Below, in pieces: positions 52,363-64,000 of a stretch of DNA of 64,000 bases; within the stretch, counting starts at the first letter, position 1; each line of letters starts with the position of its first letter. Source of the DNA: Oculina patagonica. Its lineage: Eukaryota. The stretch lies in the NCBI RefSeq assembly GCF_052425735.1, contig NC_135768.1, forward strand, positions 23,250,001-23,314,000, given 5' to 3'. A model generated the notes under the pieces. The model had not been told where the DNA came from and ran no database searches. It saw only the letters and a program-made list of their open reading frames with translations. The position numbers and the translations under genes are program-made.

Positions 52363-55300
52363 TTAAGGACTTGACATTTCAAGGCGACACAACTTGGTGA
52401 TTGGTCGGGTAAGAACAGTTCTCGTCACTTTGATTTCTCTTTCTCGTCGACGCTTTGCACGAGTCACAACAGTGCAACTTGTTAGCACCTTTGCAGAACG
52501 CACATATCCATCTTCACTCTCAAACACTTCCACAACTCGGGCTAATGGCCACTGACCTCTTGGGTAATTCTCATCTGCCAGAAGAACGAGTTCACCAACC
52601 TTAAGGTTCTCTCTCGGTTCATTCCACTTCTTTCGTTCTTGGAGGGTAGGAAGATATTCCTTAATCCACCGTTTCCAGAATACACTTGCTAAGTACTGCG
52701 CTTGTCTCCACTGTCGTCTACAATGCAAATCCTCCTTCTCAAAGATTCCAGGGGGCAAACTGGCACATGGTCGCAGCTGCAACAGATGATTTGGTGTAAG
52801 GGGTTCTTCATCCATTGGGTCATCACTATTTCGTGTTAACGGCCTACTGTTTAGAATGTTAGTTGCTTCTGTTAGAACAGTCGACAACACTTCATCGCAT
52901 ACCACCTGTTCTTTCAAAAGAGCCTTCAGGATTTGGCGTACAGACCTTATCATTCTCTCCCATGATCCCCCCATGTGACTTGCTGCAGGAGGGTTAAAGA
53001 TTCATTTGATACCTCTTTGCGCACAAAACCCACTGATTGTTTGCTGATTCCACTCGTTAACAGCATCCTTAAGCTCCTTATCTGCTTTGGTAAAATTTGT
53101 GCCACAGTCACTGCGAATCTCTTTTGGGTATCCTCGGAGGTTAATGAATCTCCTCAGTGCATTGATCATAGAATATGTATTCAGGCTATGTGCAACTTCC
53201 AAGTGTATAGCACGGACAGTTAAGCATGTGAATAGGCAACCCCAACGTTTAACTCGACTACTTCCTTGCTTCACCTCTATAGGCCCAAAATAGTCCACAC
53301 CAACATATGTGAAGGGAGGTTCATGTGGAGTAATTCTGTCTTCGGGCAACTTGGCCATAAACTGCTCTCCAGTGGGCGCTTTCCTTCTCTGGCAATCAAG
53401 ACACTTCTTTAACACACGACGCACTGCCGAACGTCCCTTTACAACCCAGAACCTTTCCCTCAGGGACGTCAGAACGGATTCTTGACCGAGGTGGCCAACC
53501 TTAATGTGATGATACTGGATAATCAGTTCTGTGACATGGTGGTGACTGGGAAGGATAAATGGATGCTTCAAATCTTCATCTATTGGAGCACACTCCAGTC
53601 TTCCACCAACTGACAACAACCCATTTCTCAACTTCGGATTCAACTTGAAAATCGAGGATCCCTCTTTCTTTATGACCCTCTTGATCTGTCGTTCACTTGA
53701 ACCAGACGACATGTTGACGAGTGCCTTGTACACATTTGGGAATGCCGACTTCTGCACCCGTCGAATTACTTCTTCTTCAGCCTTCTGAAGCTCAACGACT
53801 GTTAGGTTTCCAATTCTTACTTCTGGTTTGCCAGAAGGACAGCCATCATTAAGGGTAGCATCTTTCTTCTTACAAACTTTGCTTCGTATAAACTGCTTGT
53901 AGCGTAACAGCCAAGCGAATGCTCTCTTCAGTTTCCACCAGGAAGAGTAGTGATGTATCAAGCTGTCAAATGGATCTTGTGCTACACTAGTAGCATAAAT
54001 TCGACTTTCCTTTCTTACTTCAGCATCACTGTCCTTTAGCTCAGGTACTTCAATCATTGAAGGCCAGCAGTTTTCTTCTTTCCAGAGGAATGCAGGGCCA
54101 TTCAACCACCGACTATTCCTTGTCATGTCATCAAGCCTTAACCCTTTTGATGCATCATCTGCTGGATTGTCGTCTCGGTTGACATATCTCCAGTCTGAAA
54201 CGGATGATCCACTGCGAATGGCCGTGAGGCGATTTGACTCGAAGGTGTGGAACCGTTTAGAGTCATTGTTAAGGCATTTCAGCACTGTAGTAGAGTCAGT
54301 CCAATAATTCACTCGATCCACTTCAATTTCCAACTCTTCTCTGATTATTCCACTCAACTTAACAGAAATAACCGCGGCAGTTAACTCTAATCTCGGTATC
54401 GTTATTTCGTGAATGGGAGCCAATCGGGCTTTCCCCATAACAAAGCTGCAATGGATTTGGTCAAAGACATCAACAAGGCGTAAATAGGCTACTGCTCCGT
54501 ACCCCACACGCGATCCATCTGAGAAAATGTGCAGCTGAACATTCTTAATTTCGCCAAAATGCTTTGGTTTGAAGCATCGGTCAACTTGGACTTCTTCCAA
54601 CTTCAAAAGATCCTCCAGCCAATGAGACCACTGAACTTTGTCTTGTTCTTCTATCTCAGTATCCCAGCTCAACTTCCTCCGGCAGAGGTCTTGTAGTAAA
54701 AGTTTTCCTTTCATAACATAAGGGGCAATGAATCCTAACGGGTCAAACAACGAACTCACAAGTGAAAGGATACCACGTCTCGTCATTGGCTTTACCTTGG
54801 CCAGAGTCTGAACTTTGGTTGACACATCCCAGACAAACTTGTCAGCTTCTATACTCCACTTCAATCCAAGGGCACATGCAGTTGGCAAGTCTTCTATGTC
54901 TAGGTTAACTACAGAACTTGCTCTCTCACACTCAGGAATCTCAACCAGTACATCTCTGTCATTGCTAAGCCACTTGGTTAACCTAAACCCTCCTTTCTTC
55001 AGTAGCTCTCGTAACTGTGTTGACAACTTTATTGCGGTTTCAGGAGAAGAAACAGATTTCATCAGGTCGTCAACGTACATGTTTCTCATCACAGTCTGAA
55101 TTGTTTCAGGGTCAAACTCTTCCAGGTATGTCGACGCTGTCTTCTGTAGGCAGAAGTTGGCACAACTAGGCGAGGAGGTTGCACCAAACAGGTGTTTCAC
55201 CATGCGGTATTCTTTTGGTTCTTTCTCCAGGTCCCCATCAGGCCACCAAAGAAACCTCAACACATTGTTATCTTCGGGGTCAACATAGACTTGGTGGAAC

Positions 55301-58300
55301 ATAGCTTCTATATCGGCTGCAATAGCTATTGGCTCTTGCCGAAATCTAATCAACACTCCAACAAGCGGATTTGTCAAATCAGGGCCTTGCAATAATTGCT
55401 GATTCAAGGAGGTTCCACGATATTTCGCACCACAGTCAAATACAACTCTTACCTTCCCTGGCTTCAACGGGTGTGTCACAGGGTGATGTGGAAGGTACCA
55501 GACTGGTTTCCCTTTCAAATTCAGCTCTTCTGTTGGAACTTTCTGGGCATGACCTTTCATTATGTACTCTTGCATTGTGGTACGGTACTTCAGGAGTAGA
55601 TCTTCATCCTTAAGGAGTCGCTTCTTTAGAAGTTGTAACCTCTGTTCCGCCACAGGTCTATTGTTTGGTAGTTCTGGGCATCCTTGTCGCCATGGCAATG
55701 CAACTTGGAAATGCTCTCCAACTCTTTGTAGGGATTCCTCCATTTTGTTCAAGGCTAACTTGTCTTCAACTGATGGTGAGACTGTTGTCCCAATCACAGA
55801 GTCTCCAAAATTTGTCTTCCAAAGCCGTTCAAGTTGCTGGTGCAGGGTATCATTGTCAATGTCACAGTCAATTAATTCTTCCTTTTCTTCCTTTAACGGA
55901 GGGAGATTTACAACAGCTTGCTGCTCTAGCCTCTCGATGGGTTCCCTGTGCTCAAAATTGCCAACACTCTCTGACCACATTGCAGTTTCGAATTTCACCC
56001 CAGTTTTGTCAATTGCCTTAGTCGAAGGATTCTCATGCAAACAACATCCGCCCAAATCCATGTCATCCGCAGATGTAACTCGGACAAAGTTCACCGAACA
56101 ATGTTCATCTTCTTTGCATTCACCCATCGGACCTATCACTGTCCACCCCAGGCTGTAACGGATAGCTATTGGCTCGTCGATTGCACCAGCTTTAAACTCT
56201 AATGGGAGGAAGAGACTAGGCTTTTCTTTAAGACCAATCAGCAACAAAACTTCTCTATTTCCAACTTCGGGAATGTCAATGCCTCGTAGGTGAGGCCAGC
56301 AAGCAAGATCTTCTTTCTTTGGAATACAACTTGGAGAGATAGGCATCTGTGCGACTGTCTTTACACTCGGTAACTCCACCACAACTGACTCATCCATAGA
56401 CATTACAGTCAAGTCTACCACACGACTCTCCATCTGAGTTAAACCAGTCATTCCAGTCAGCGTAAAGTTAAGCCTTTCTCCTTCCAGCTCAAGTTTGTTA
56501 GCTAATCGTTCATGACACAATGTCACCTCTGATCCATTATCAAGAAGGGCATATGTCTGAATAATTTCGTTGCCCTTCCCTCGAACCTTAACAGGGATAA
56601 TTCCCAGACACACTCTTGTTTCTCCAGCCCCAGTAGCTGCCACAGCAATTCCATTTCCATCACCTGCCCCAGTAACGTCACCTGACCTAGCAGTCCCTTG
56701 ACTTGGTTGCAAATGTTGCTCTGCAATAGCAGCGGTTGCAAAGTTACTGTTTTGACTAGCAGTGTTTCTGTTCATACTGTTAAGGTCTCTTCGAATTCCA
56801 GCAGCGGGGCGATGCATCAGGGTATGGTGACTACCTCCACAACCAGGCCTTTGACACTTGAAATTTACTTTTGGGCACTCCTTGGCAATATGTCCCTTAA
56901 CTAGACACTTATTACACAGTCCACCACTTTGCACAATTTTCCACTTCTCTTCATAGGTGAGGCCTTTGAATTTACCACACTTCCAAATGTCATGCTGCTT
57001 TGTGCAAACTTGACAAGGCGCGGGGGCATCCACAAATTTCGATCCTCTAGCATTCTCGTTTTGACCATCGCGAGTTGGTCCAGTTCCAGTGGCAAATGCT
57101 GACAGGCTTGAGAAGTTTCCACTTTGATTCATTTTGTTTCTTTTAGGAGGTGTCTCCTTCAAAGTTCCAGTAACCATATCTCGGCCAAACTCGTTGTTCA
57201 CCAATTTAGCTCTTTCCTTGACAAATGCTACAAAGTCTTGAAACTTAGGTCTGCGGTCGGCTGCAATAATCCTCCCAGCACACTCGGTCCATCTCCCTCT
57301 TAGAAACATTGGCAACTTCTTTGCGAGCTCTCGCAAAGTGTTCATATGATTAAGATCAGACACATATTCAGCACCCATGCCGCTCAAAGTTCGATCTGCG
57401 GTGTCCAAATGTCTGCTGAGCTCCAACAACGAAGGTCCATCCACACTCTTCATACAAGGCAGATTCAACAACTTCTTAACATGAGCCTCCGCAATCACAT
57501 GCGGTTTTCCAAAGTTCTCCCGTAAGGTTTTTTTTGCTACTCGGTAACCATCGTTACGCAGATTTGAACAACTTTCAATAGCTTCCTTTGCCTTTCCTGT
57601 GCAGTGTTGTATGAGAAGTTGTAATCTCCTGGACTCATCAGGATTATCCCTTTCCAAATAGGTTTCAAAATTGTGCATAAAGGTGACGTACTTCAATGGA
57701 TCACCATCAAACCGATGATACTCAACCTTAGGTGAGGAAACTACCTGTCTCAAAGCCTTTACCATCTCTTGACCACTATCGAACTGCTCATTTGCTGGTT
57801 CTACTTTCACGACTGGCGGCACATAGGGTCGAGGCATCTGCCAAGAAGAGGACCAAGTTTCACTAACACGTTGTCTAACGGATGTCTGCCTGGGTTCAAT
57901 TTTTGGCAAGGAACTCCTACTTGTCACAAGGTTGGGAGGTGTACGCTGTGGGTTTCGCACAATGGGTGCCGGCGCGGTCGACACATTTCCAGCCGAAGTA
58001 GTCAACGCCGGAATAGAATCAGTTGGCTCCACAGATCCAGGACCAATTAAATCAACCTGCTCAGTCCTACGGGGTAAGGCTGGTCTCTGATTCGACAGGG
58101 TTGAAGTAACTATGGTTGTATTGTCTAAATGATCGTTCACACTGACCTTTGAGCTATCTGGAATTTTACTCCTTTGTGAAGGCTCTAAATAACCCAGGAA
58201 GGATTTCTCGCGTGATTGTTCCATGCTTTCCTCTTCATAAATCTGAAGAGAGACTGCCGCCCTTTCAGTCTCCATTTCTGCTTCTATTAGCTCCTTTTTC

Positions 58301-58944
58301 CTTCGAATTTCTTGCATTTCCTGTTCAAACTGCTGTCTAATCCCTAACTGTCGTAGATTCAATTGCGCCAGGGCCAATTTCTCCCTTTTTCTAGACACTG
58401 TAGACAATCTTGAACTCGACGTGGAAACCCCACTTCGTCTGCTCCTTTGCGTTCCGCGAGAAAACTCACTATAGTTATCTCCTCGTTCGGGTTCTCTGTC
58501 CTTGTACCATAATCGCACGGTGAAGTCGAGATTGAGCTTTCGTTGCAGCTGTTCATCGTATGTCTTCTGTTTCTGTTCCAAAACAAGGGTGTCCATAAAA
58601 GGATCCAATAATTTCAGATAACTTTCGTGAGCGTCCACGAATTTACGCCAAGATTCATCAAATCTCGCATATTCCTTCGACACATCTTCACGACTTGCAT
58701 CGCTTTCGGTAAGGTGAACAATTTCATTATAAACCTTCGTCAAATTTCCAATATGGGCGGCGCGTGATTTTTGAAGAGCGAGTTTCTTTTCGTTTAAGAC
58801 GCCTTCCCTGTCTTGCATAACACTAGCTTGTCTATCCCTTGTGCTTCTCCTTTCTTCCATTACAATTTCGTCGCTCGTACCATTAGCTGCGGTGTCAAAG
58901 AATCCATTCGCTTCCAGTGGCGATTCAGGTTGTTCGTCTGACAT
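52363..58944 (-). pseudogene. BEL/Pao gag-pol polyprotein with one in-frame nonsense codon in the integrase
   Basis: Probable ATG at 58944 (MSDEQ). Three Cys/His knuckles (CQVC..H...C, CNKC...GH....C, CQRPGCGGSHH), protease LLDNGS, RT YVDD, RNase H FSDGS, integrase GH..CLDC / GVDYFGP / RSDCG / WERM. TGA at 53004-53002 replaces the expected Trp in GIK(W)IFNPP, and the frame continues into ORF 52974-52363. Confidence 0.93.
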
Positions 58945-59040
58945 ATTCCGTAAACACAACAAATCGTTTCGCCGTTCGCATTCCACACAATCCACCAAAT
59001 TTCCAATTCCAATAATTTCCAAGGCGAAGGAGTCGAAAAC

Positions 59041-59728
59041 TGTTACACAGCCCAAGTGCTATGTAGTGATTCAAAGTCAAATTTAACGTCAAAAACTCAG
59101 AACTTTTAATACATGATACGATCCAGGTTTCAAGATTATGCACCTATCAATGTTAAGCCCGAGGGGGGGGGGGGGGGGGGTCGGGCAAGGGGTGGGGATT
59201 TTGACATTTTCTATAAAAAAATGTCAAATTCCCCACCCCCGGGACAAAATAATTGGTCAAAATCCCCATGAAAGGTGGTCAGATGTCCTTCAAACCTTCA
59301 TATACGACCCGAAAATCCCTACCCTGGGGCCATCACGTACGATCAAAATCCCTACCCTGGGGACCTACCTCACGATCAAATTCCCGTGGTTAGCCCGACC
59401 CCCCCCCCCCCCCTCAGGCTTAACATTGATAGGTGCATTACACTCTAACAATCCAGGTTCAGTTCAGGCATACCAACTATAGTTCAGGTTTTCTACAAAT
59501 ACAAATATGAACTAGCAAACATAGGAAACGAATCGAAGTACATGTAGGTACATTTTGCAAATAATATGACTCTTACCGACTGTTTCGTTAGGTCCAAAAT
59601 GCTCAACAAGGTAAAGAAATAAAAACAACATGGCGAATCCAAGCGAGAACAACGCACATGATTGGTCACGTGATGCAAATTCGTGATGTAATATAGGTCC
59701 GCACAACGTGCACGCAATGATAGCTACA
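59041..59728 (-). repeat. 5' LTR of the BEL/Pao element, interrupted by a MITE
   Basis: 688 bp minus the 302-bp insertion equals 386 bp, colinear with the 3' LTR. Confidence 0.95.
59139..59437. mobile_element. PIF/Harbinger-type MITE inserted in the 5' LTR
   Basis: TIR TGCACCTATCAATGTTAAGCC / GGCTTAACATTGATAGGTGCA. TTA TSD confirmed by the empty site in the other LTR. Related degenerate ends at ~40616 and ~28216-28236. Confidence 0.92.
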
Positions 59729-62700
59729 GGGAGAGCATTAACGATCTTGTTTTCAAATAGAAAACTTGTCGTCTGGTCATCTGAGGTCTCTTAGTTGAGA
59801 AAAAAAACCGATTATAATATCTCTTTTGCATGAGAATCCGCTAGATTCTTCTACGGTTACTTTTAGTTTTATGGCGACCCATGAGATCCGTATAATTATC
59901 GGCTGTAGATATGTGCCCACAGAGAGCACAAGTTTTTGCCCTTTTTGTTCATCGTAAATATATTTTTTTTAATTTGCATATGGAACCAACGAACAGTAAA
60001 AGTGAAATTCCGTGCGGCGTTTAATGACGTGAACCAATCAGATACCGTCTTTTGTGGAGGGCGTGCATTAAAACAGTTGGCGCGCAACTTAAATTAGATA
60101 TTCGGTCAACGTGAGAGAACATGGCTAAAATAATAAACCCTATGCTCAAACGCCGAAGCCTTTCGCGTCTTGTTTGACAGATCCAACGATTAATAACTCT
60201 CAAGCTGTAGCTGCTCGTACTATAGAACCACAAGAGATGATATTGGCGGGAAAATCGTAAGTATTAATAGATGTTTCAGTTTCGATTCTCACAATCATTC
60301 TGAGAGAGCTGAAGTCGACTTCAAACGAAGAAATCAGTTTTGACATCCCGCTGATTTTACTATACTTTTTACGTGGATCATTACTTAATGTTTTTGTGGG
60401 TACTTGACCAATTAGCTTAGTCGGTTTCTTGCTCTTTTTATTTCAGAGGCTAGCGACTAAAGAATTTACTCACTGAACACTGACTGAAGGCAAAACAAAA
60501 CGAAACGTGTTCCAAGCAAATTTCATGAAATAATCATGGTGCTGAAATGTTGCCGTTCCGGTGTAAACGTCGATATTCCTGTCAGGTACGTTATAGTCCG
60601 GGAGCTAGGAGCACAGAAATGATGTTTTGCACTTCAAGAGTACTGAAAAGGTTTGACAACGCATTTCAATAGATTAAAACCTCTTCTTTCACGCTAGGTA
60701 GTTTGTGGTTTCAAATTGTGGTATACGTTTTGAGTTATAGCTATGTTTTTGTCAGTCGGTACAGGTCAAACAACGTCTCACATGAGAACGAGGCTGAAAT
60801 TGCCACTCAATTTATTCATAGAAACTTATTCAGTAAGAAAATAAATGTTATCCAGAAAACTGATAGGACTCTATGAAAGTCTATTTTATGGAAAGCACCA
60901 CCGCTTGCAAGAAAATCACATGATATTTGTTCTCGTTTTGTGTCACGTATCACAGCATCCTCATTCTCTGAAACATAGGAACAGAAACTTTTCGCTCACA
61001 ATCAACTGCAAACCGTTTTCTCTTTTAATTTGCTCTTTTCGCACTCAAGAAAGGCAGTATTTTTAAAATTTATAACTTGCTGAAATAAAAACCTTGACCA
61101 AAGGCGTTAAAGTAGCGCCTTTGTACTGAAGCCTCGCTTTCGTGTTAGTAGAAACAGAAAAAATAATATTAAAATTGTTAAAGAAAGAAGCAATGTTTAA
61201 TGAAATTTGTCCACAAGCAATACATAAAGTGAAAAATATTTAAAATACATGCGGGTGCCGTCAATTGTAGCGCAAAAAAATATGACGTTTAACAGACCCA
61301 ATTTAAAGAAGTTTTCACCTAAGATTTTGTTAAAACTTGTCTCCTATTTAAAAGTTATAAACGGTCGTAATGACGCCTAGAATATCAAAAATACCAGGTC
61401 ACAAATAGTCGCTTATTATGAAACATTCATTCTATTTCTGTTTCGGCACTCGTGGTCAACTTTACAGTGAAACATTTTTTATTACTTTTTCTATTCATGC
61501 CCAACAGATTATGGCAAGGTCTTTAGTAGCTGTAGGTTATATATTCAAACGTAAGTCTGAATGACTTTGGCTTCGGGGACATATAAACTGTAATGTTTTT
61601 TTTTCACAGAACATGACAGAGCACAACCCATTCGCAATAGGTACAAACAGCTCTCTTTCGGGATGAATAAATTCTATAGATCAAAGCTTTGGTTTGTTTG
61701 CTGATCTCTCGTCTACCTCTGCCGCTTTCTCTAATAATTATAACCGCCCTAAACGATCTTAGTTTTTGATTCTGCGTAAAACTGTTTGAGCATTTCGCAT
61801 TCCAGGTACAGCAAGAGAGTTCAAAGCACCCGGAAATGCATAAAAAAGGGGGGGGAACTACGATCCACATTAACTTTTCAAGTCTTATGGCAACTTTCGC
61901 ACTTAAATACAGGAGTAATGAAACGAGTCTGTGCTGTTCACAAGTCGCCTCACAGAATTCAACAGGAAGAGCAATGGCATCTCTTTTTTGAGCCTTATTC
62001 ATGGACCAAAACTTGTTGTTATTTCCTCACGAATAGAGCTCCTGACTGGGCAGCACAGAAGTGTTCAAAGTACAACTGTGTCTCGCAAGATGGCAGCTCT
62101 CGCACCATCTTTCGAATCATGTTTGGTGTGTAATAGAAACCTGGTGTAGGCTTTCTTGCGGCCAGAATGCAATTATCGCACAAATTTATCACATCCCTTT
62201 CGTTTTAAGTATACTTTTTGTGAGGGGGAGTGGTGGTGGTTGGGAGGGGCCCGGGGGTGGGCTGGGTGAAGAGGCAGGAATAACCAAGCCTTTCAATATG
62301 ACCAGCAAAACCATGCAGGCTCTTACTTGGTTGGCGGTATGGCTTATTTTAAGCCTCCAATCGTCCGAAGTAATAACATTTGGTACGCTTGCCTCAAAGC
62401 ACTTCAACAGTGTTACCTCTAACATTATGTGGGATGAACATTGTCTTTGATCGTTATTGGCCAATATCCGTCCGGCAAAGGTGCAGAGCGAAAGAAGAGA
62501 GGAAAAACATTGAAAATCGATATTAATGACCCACATACATCACTTCCTTGAGTTAATTACAGGGAAATACCCGCGAGTAGGAACCTAATTTTTCCCAGGT
62601 TAGCCTAAACGGGTGCTTATATAAATGGTAGTAATGTAAATTTAGGTTATTCAGGTTCTATAATTATATAATATAATTTTTCTGAAGAAAATTTTCTTTG

Positions 62701-62778
62701 AAGGTGATAGAACTTTTAGTGGTATTCGGCCTATTTTTTTGTATAAAATTTGTATACCACATAAAAAAGCACTAATCA

Positions 62779-62919
62779 NNNNNNNNNNNNNNNNNNNNNN
62801 NNNNNNNNNNNNNNNNNNNNNNNNNNNNNNNNNNNNNNNNNNNNNNNNNNNNNNNNNNNNNNNNNNNNNNNNNNNNNNNNNNNNNNNNNNNNNNNNNNNN
62901 NNNNNNNNNNNNNNNNNNN
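62779..62919. other. Assembly gap (N run)
   Basis: 141 Ns adjoining the retrozyme array. Confidence 0.99.
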
Positions 62920-63360
62920 CGGCCTTCTGGGCCTCATCAGTGCAGTGCTGATGCTAGGATGGAGGTTAAGCTGTATAGCTACCCCAAATGATCCCACACT
63001 TGTGGTATCATCTAAGCCATGCCAGAGTGCTCAAACTAGAAAAACTAGTGAGCATGCGCAATGCTAGCGGCAATGACTCATCCTAGTAGAGTGCTCAATT
63101 TGGACATGAAAGCAAAGCTTTGTAATGCCAAAGAGCTATATCTAACTGCAGACAGTACTGTTTCGGCCTTCTGGGCCTCATCAGTGCAGTGCTGATGCTA
63201 GGATGGAGGTTAAGCTGTATAGCTACCCCAAATGATCCCACACTTGTGGTATCATCTAAGCCATGCCAGAGTGCTCAAACTAGAAAAACTAGTGAGCATG
63301 CGCAATGCTAGCGGCAATGACTCATCCTAGTAGAGTGCTCAATTTGGACATGAAAGCAAA
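62920..63360 (-). mobile_element. Tandem non-LTR retrozyme array (244-bp unit, ~1.8 visible copies)
   Basis: 62920-63116 is repeated at 63164-63360. Each unit carries a hammerhead core on the minus strand. The array ends in (TA)n. Confidence 0.88.
63145..63190 (-). ncRNA. Type I hammerhead ribozyme
   Basis: Minus strand reads ACUGCA-CUGAUGA-GGCC-CAGAA-GGCC-GAA-ACAG-UA-CUGU-C/UGCAGU: complete core, stems I-III, GUC cleavage triplet (cut predicted between 63151 and 63150). A second copy at 62920-62946 is truncated by the gap. Confidence 0.92.
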
Positions 63361-64000
63361 TATATATATATATATATACACACAGTTATGCTTTTTCCAA
63401 ACTTCCCAAAAAACACTTTTAATCAATTTTAGAAAATAAAAACCTGTTTCAAAATTTGAGGCTTAATAGGTTCTTATACAATTAGGTCTAATTTCCAAAT
63501 TTGAGCCTAACAGGTTCTCAACTGTACTGTCAGTTTCTTACTCGCGGGTTTTTACTGTATATATATTTTTTAAAACCGAAAAACAGGACTAATCTCGTGT
63601 CCTCCCAATCCGATTCTTAAAATATACTTAAAACAAGAACTTTGTTATTGCTACTGAGTGCAAAAATAGAAATTTTGCAGGTTTTATGAAAAAGAGAAAG
63701 CCCAAAATTCCTGAGACCATTAGATTCAAACAACGAGGAAGCCGTCAGAAGGGTTCTATTACTCGCCAAACATGATGCGAAAGATGATGCATGCGAGAGT
63801 TTTCTGAATGAGTGATGTACTGGTACTCAGTATGCAAGGAAATTGGCTGCCAAGAACTGTGGTTCCGACAGTGTTTAAAGTTCAAATAAAATACACTCAA
63901 AAGTTTTTCATGCTTTCACTAACTCCTGGGAGGATTCTACAAACTTTGATGTTGATCTTTGATGTTGATAATGGAAAGCAAAATACTTGGAAACTCATAC

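Larger units (their letters stand above)
51693..59728 (-). mobile_element. Full-length BEL/Pao LTR retrotransposon
   Basis: 386-bp TG...CA LTRs at 51693-52078 and 59041-59728 (the latter with a 302-bp insertion). 5-bp TSD GGGAG at 51688-51692 and 59729-59733. PPT-like TTTAGGGGCCGG next to the 3' LTR. Single gag-pol frame in PR-RT-RH-IN order. Confidence 0.96.

Noticed and set aside
53002-53004. Programmed readthrough or selenocysteine at the BEL TGA
   Set aside because: It falls at an expected Trp inside the integrase core, not at a gag/pol boundary; a single G-to-A change or sequencing error is simpler.
58945-59055. N-terminal extension of the 2017-aa ORF
   Set aside because: It starts at a non-ATG codon inside the LTR; the first ATG at 58944 is more plausible.
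61604-62536. Cluster of 115-132-aa ORFs with a few splice-like sites
   Set aside because: No recognisable domain, and no stop-free spliced model could be built.

Overview
Eukaryotic, intron-rich, repeat-dense genomic DNA, most likely from a cnidarian such as a stony coral (inferred from the repeat repertoire and a hammerhead retrozyme; not proven). Six host genes were assembled by hand from GT-AG splice sites: (1) a divergent two-exon CUT+homeodomain gene (-); (2) a 10-finger C2H2 zinc-finger gene (+); (3) an uncharacterised multi-pass membrane protein (+); (4) a beta-hydroxyacid dehydrogenase (HIBADH/TSAR family) with a mitochondrial-type leader (-); (5) a 13-exon, ~824-aa protein with an MGC lipid-anchor motif, a coiled coil and a Tudor-like/TIR/TIR/Tudor-like architecture (-); (6) GPATCH2 (+), head-to-head with gene 5. 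Mobile DNA includes a young full-length BEL/Pao LTR retrotransposon with one nonsense codon, a ~1.65-kb foldback element with a 5S rRNA-derived sequence in each arm, a tandem type I hammerhead retrozyme array at an assembly gap, a partially tandem element with an internal tRNA-like sequence, tRNA-SINEs, a ~97-bp satellite and many nested MITEs. All gene models and family names come from manual reading, not database searches.
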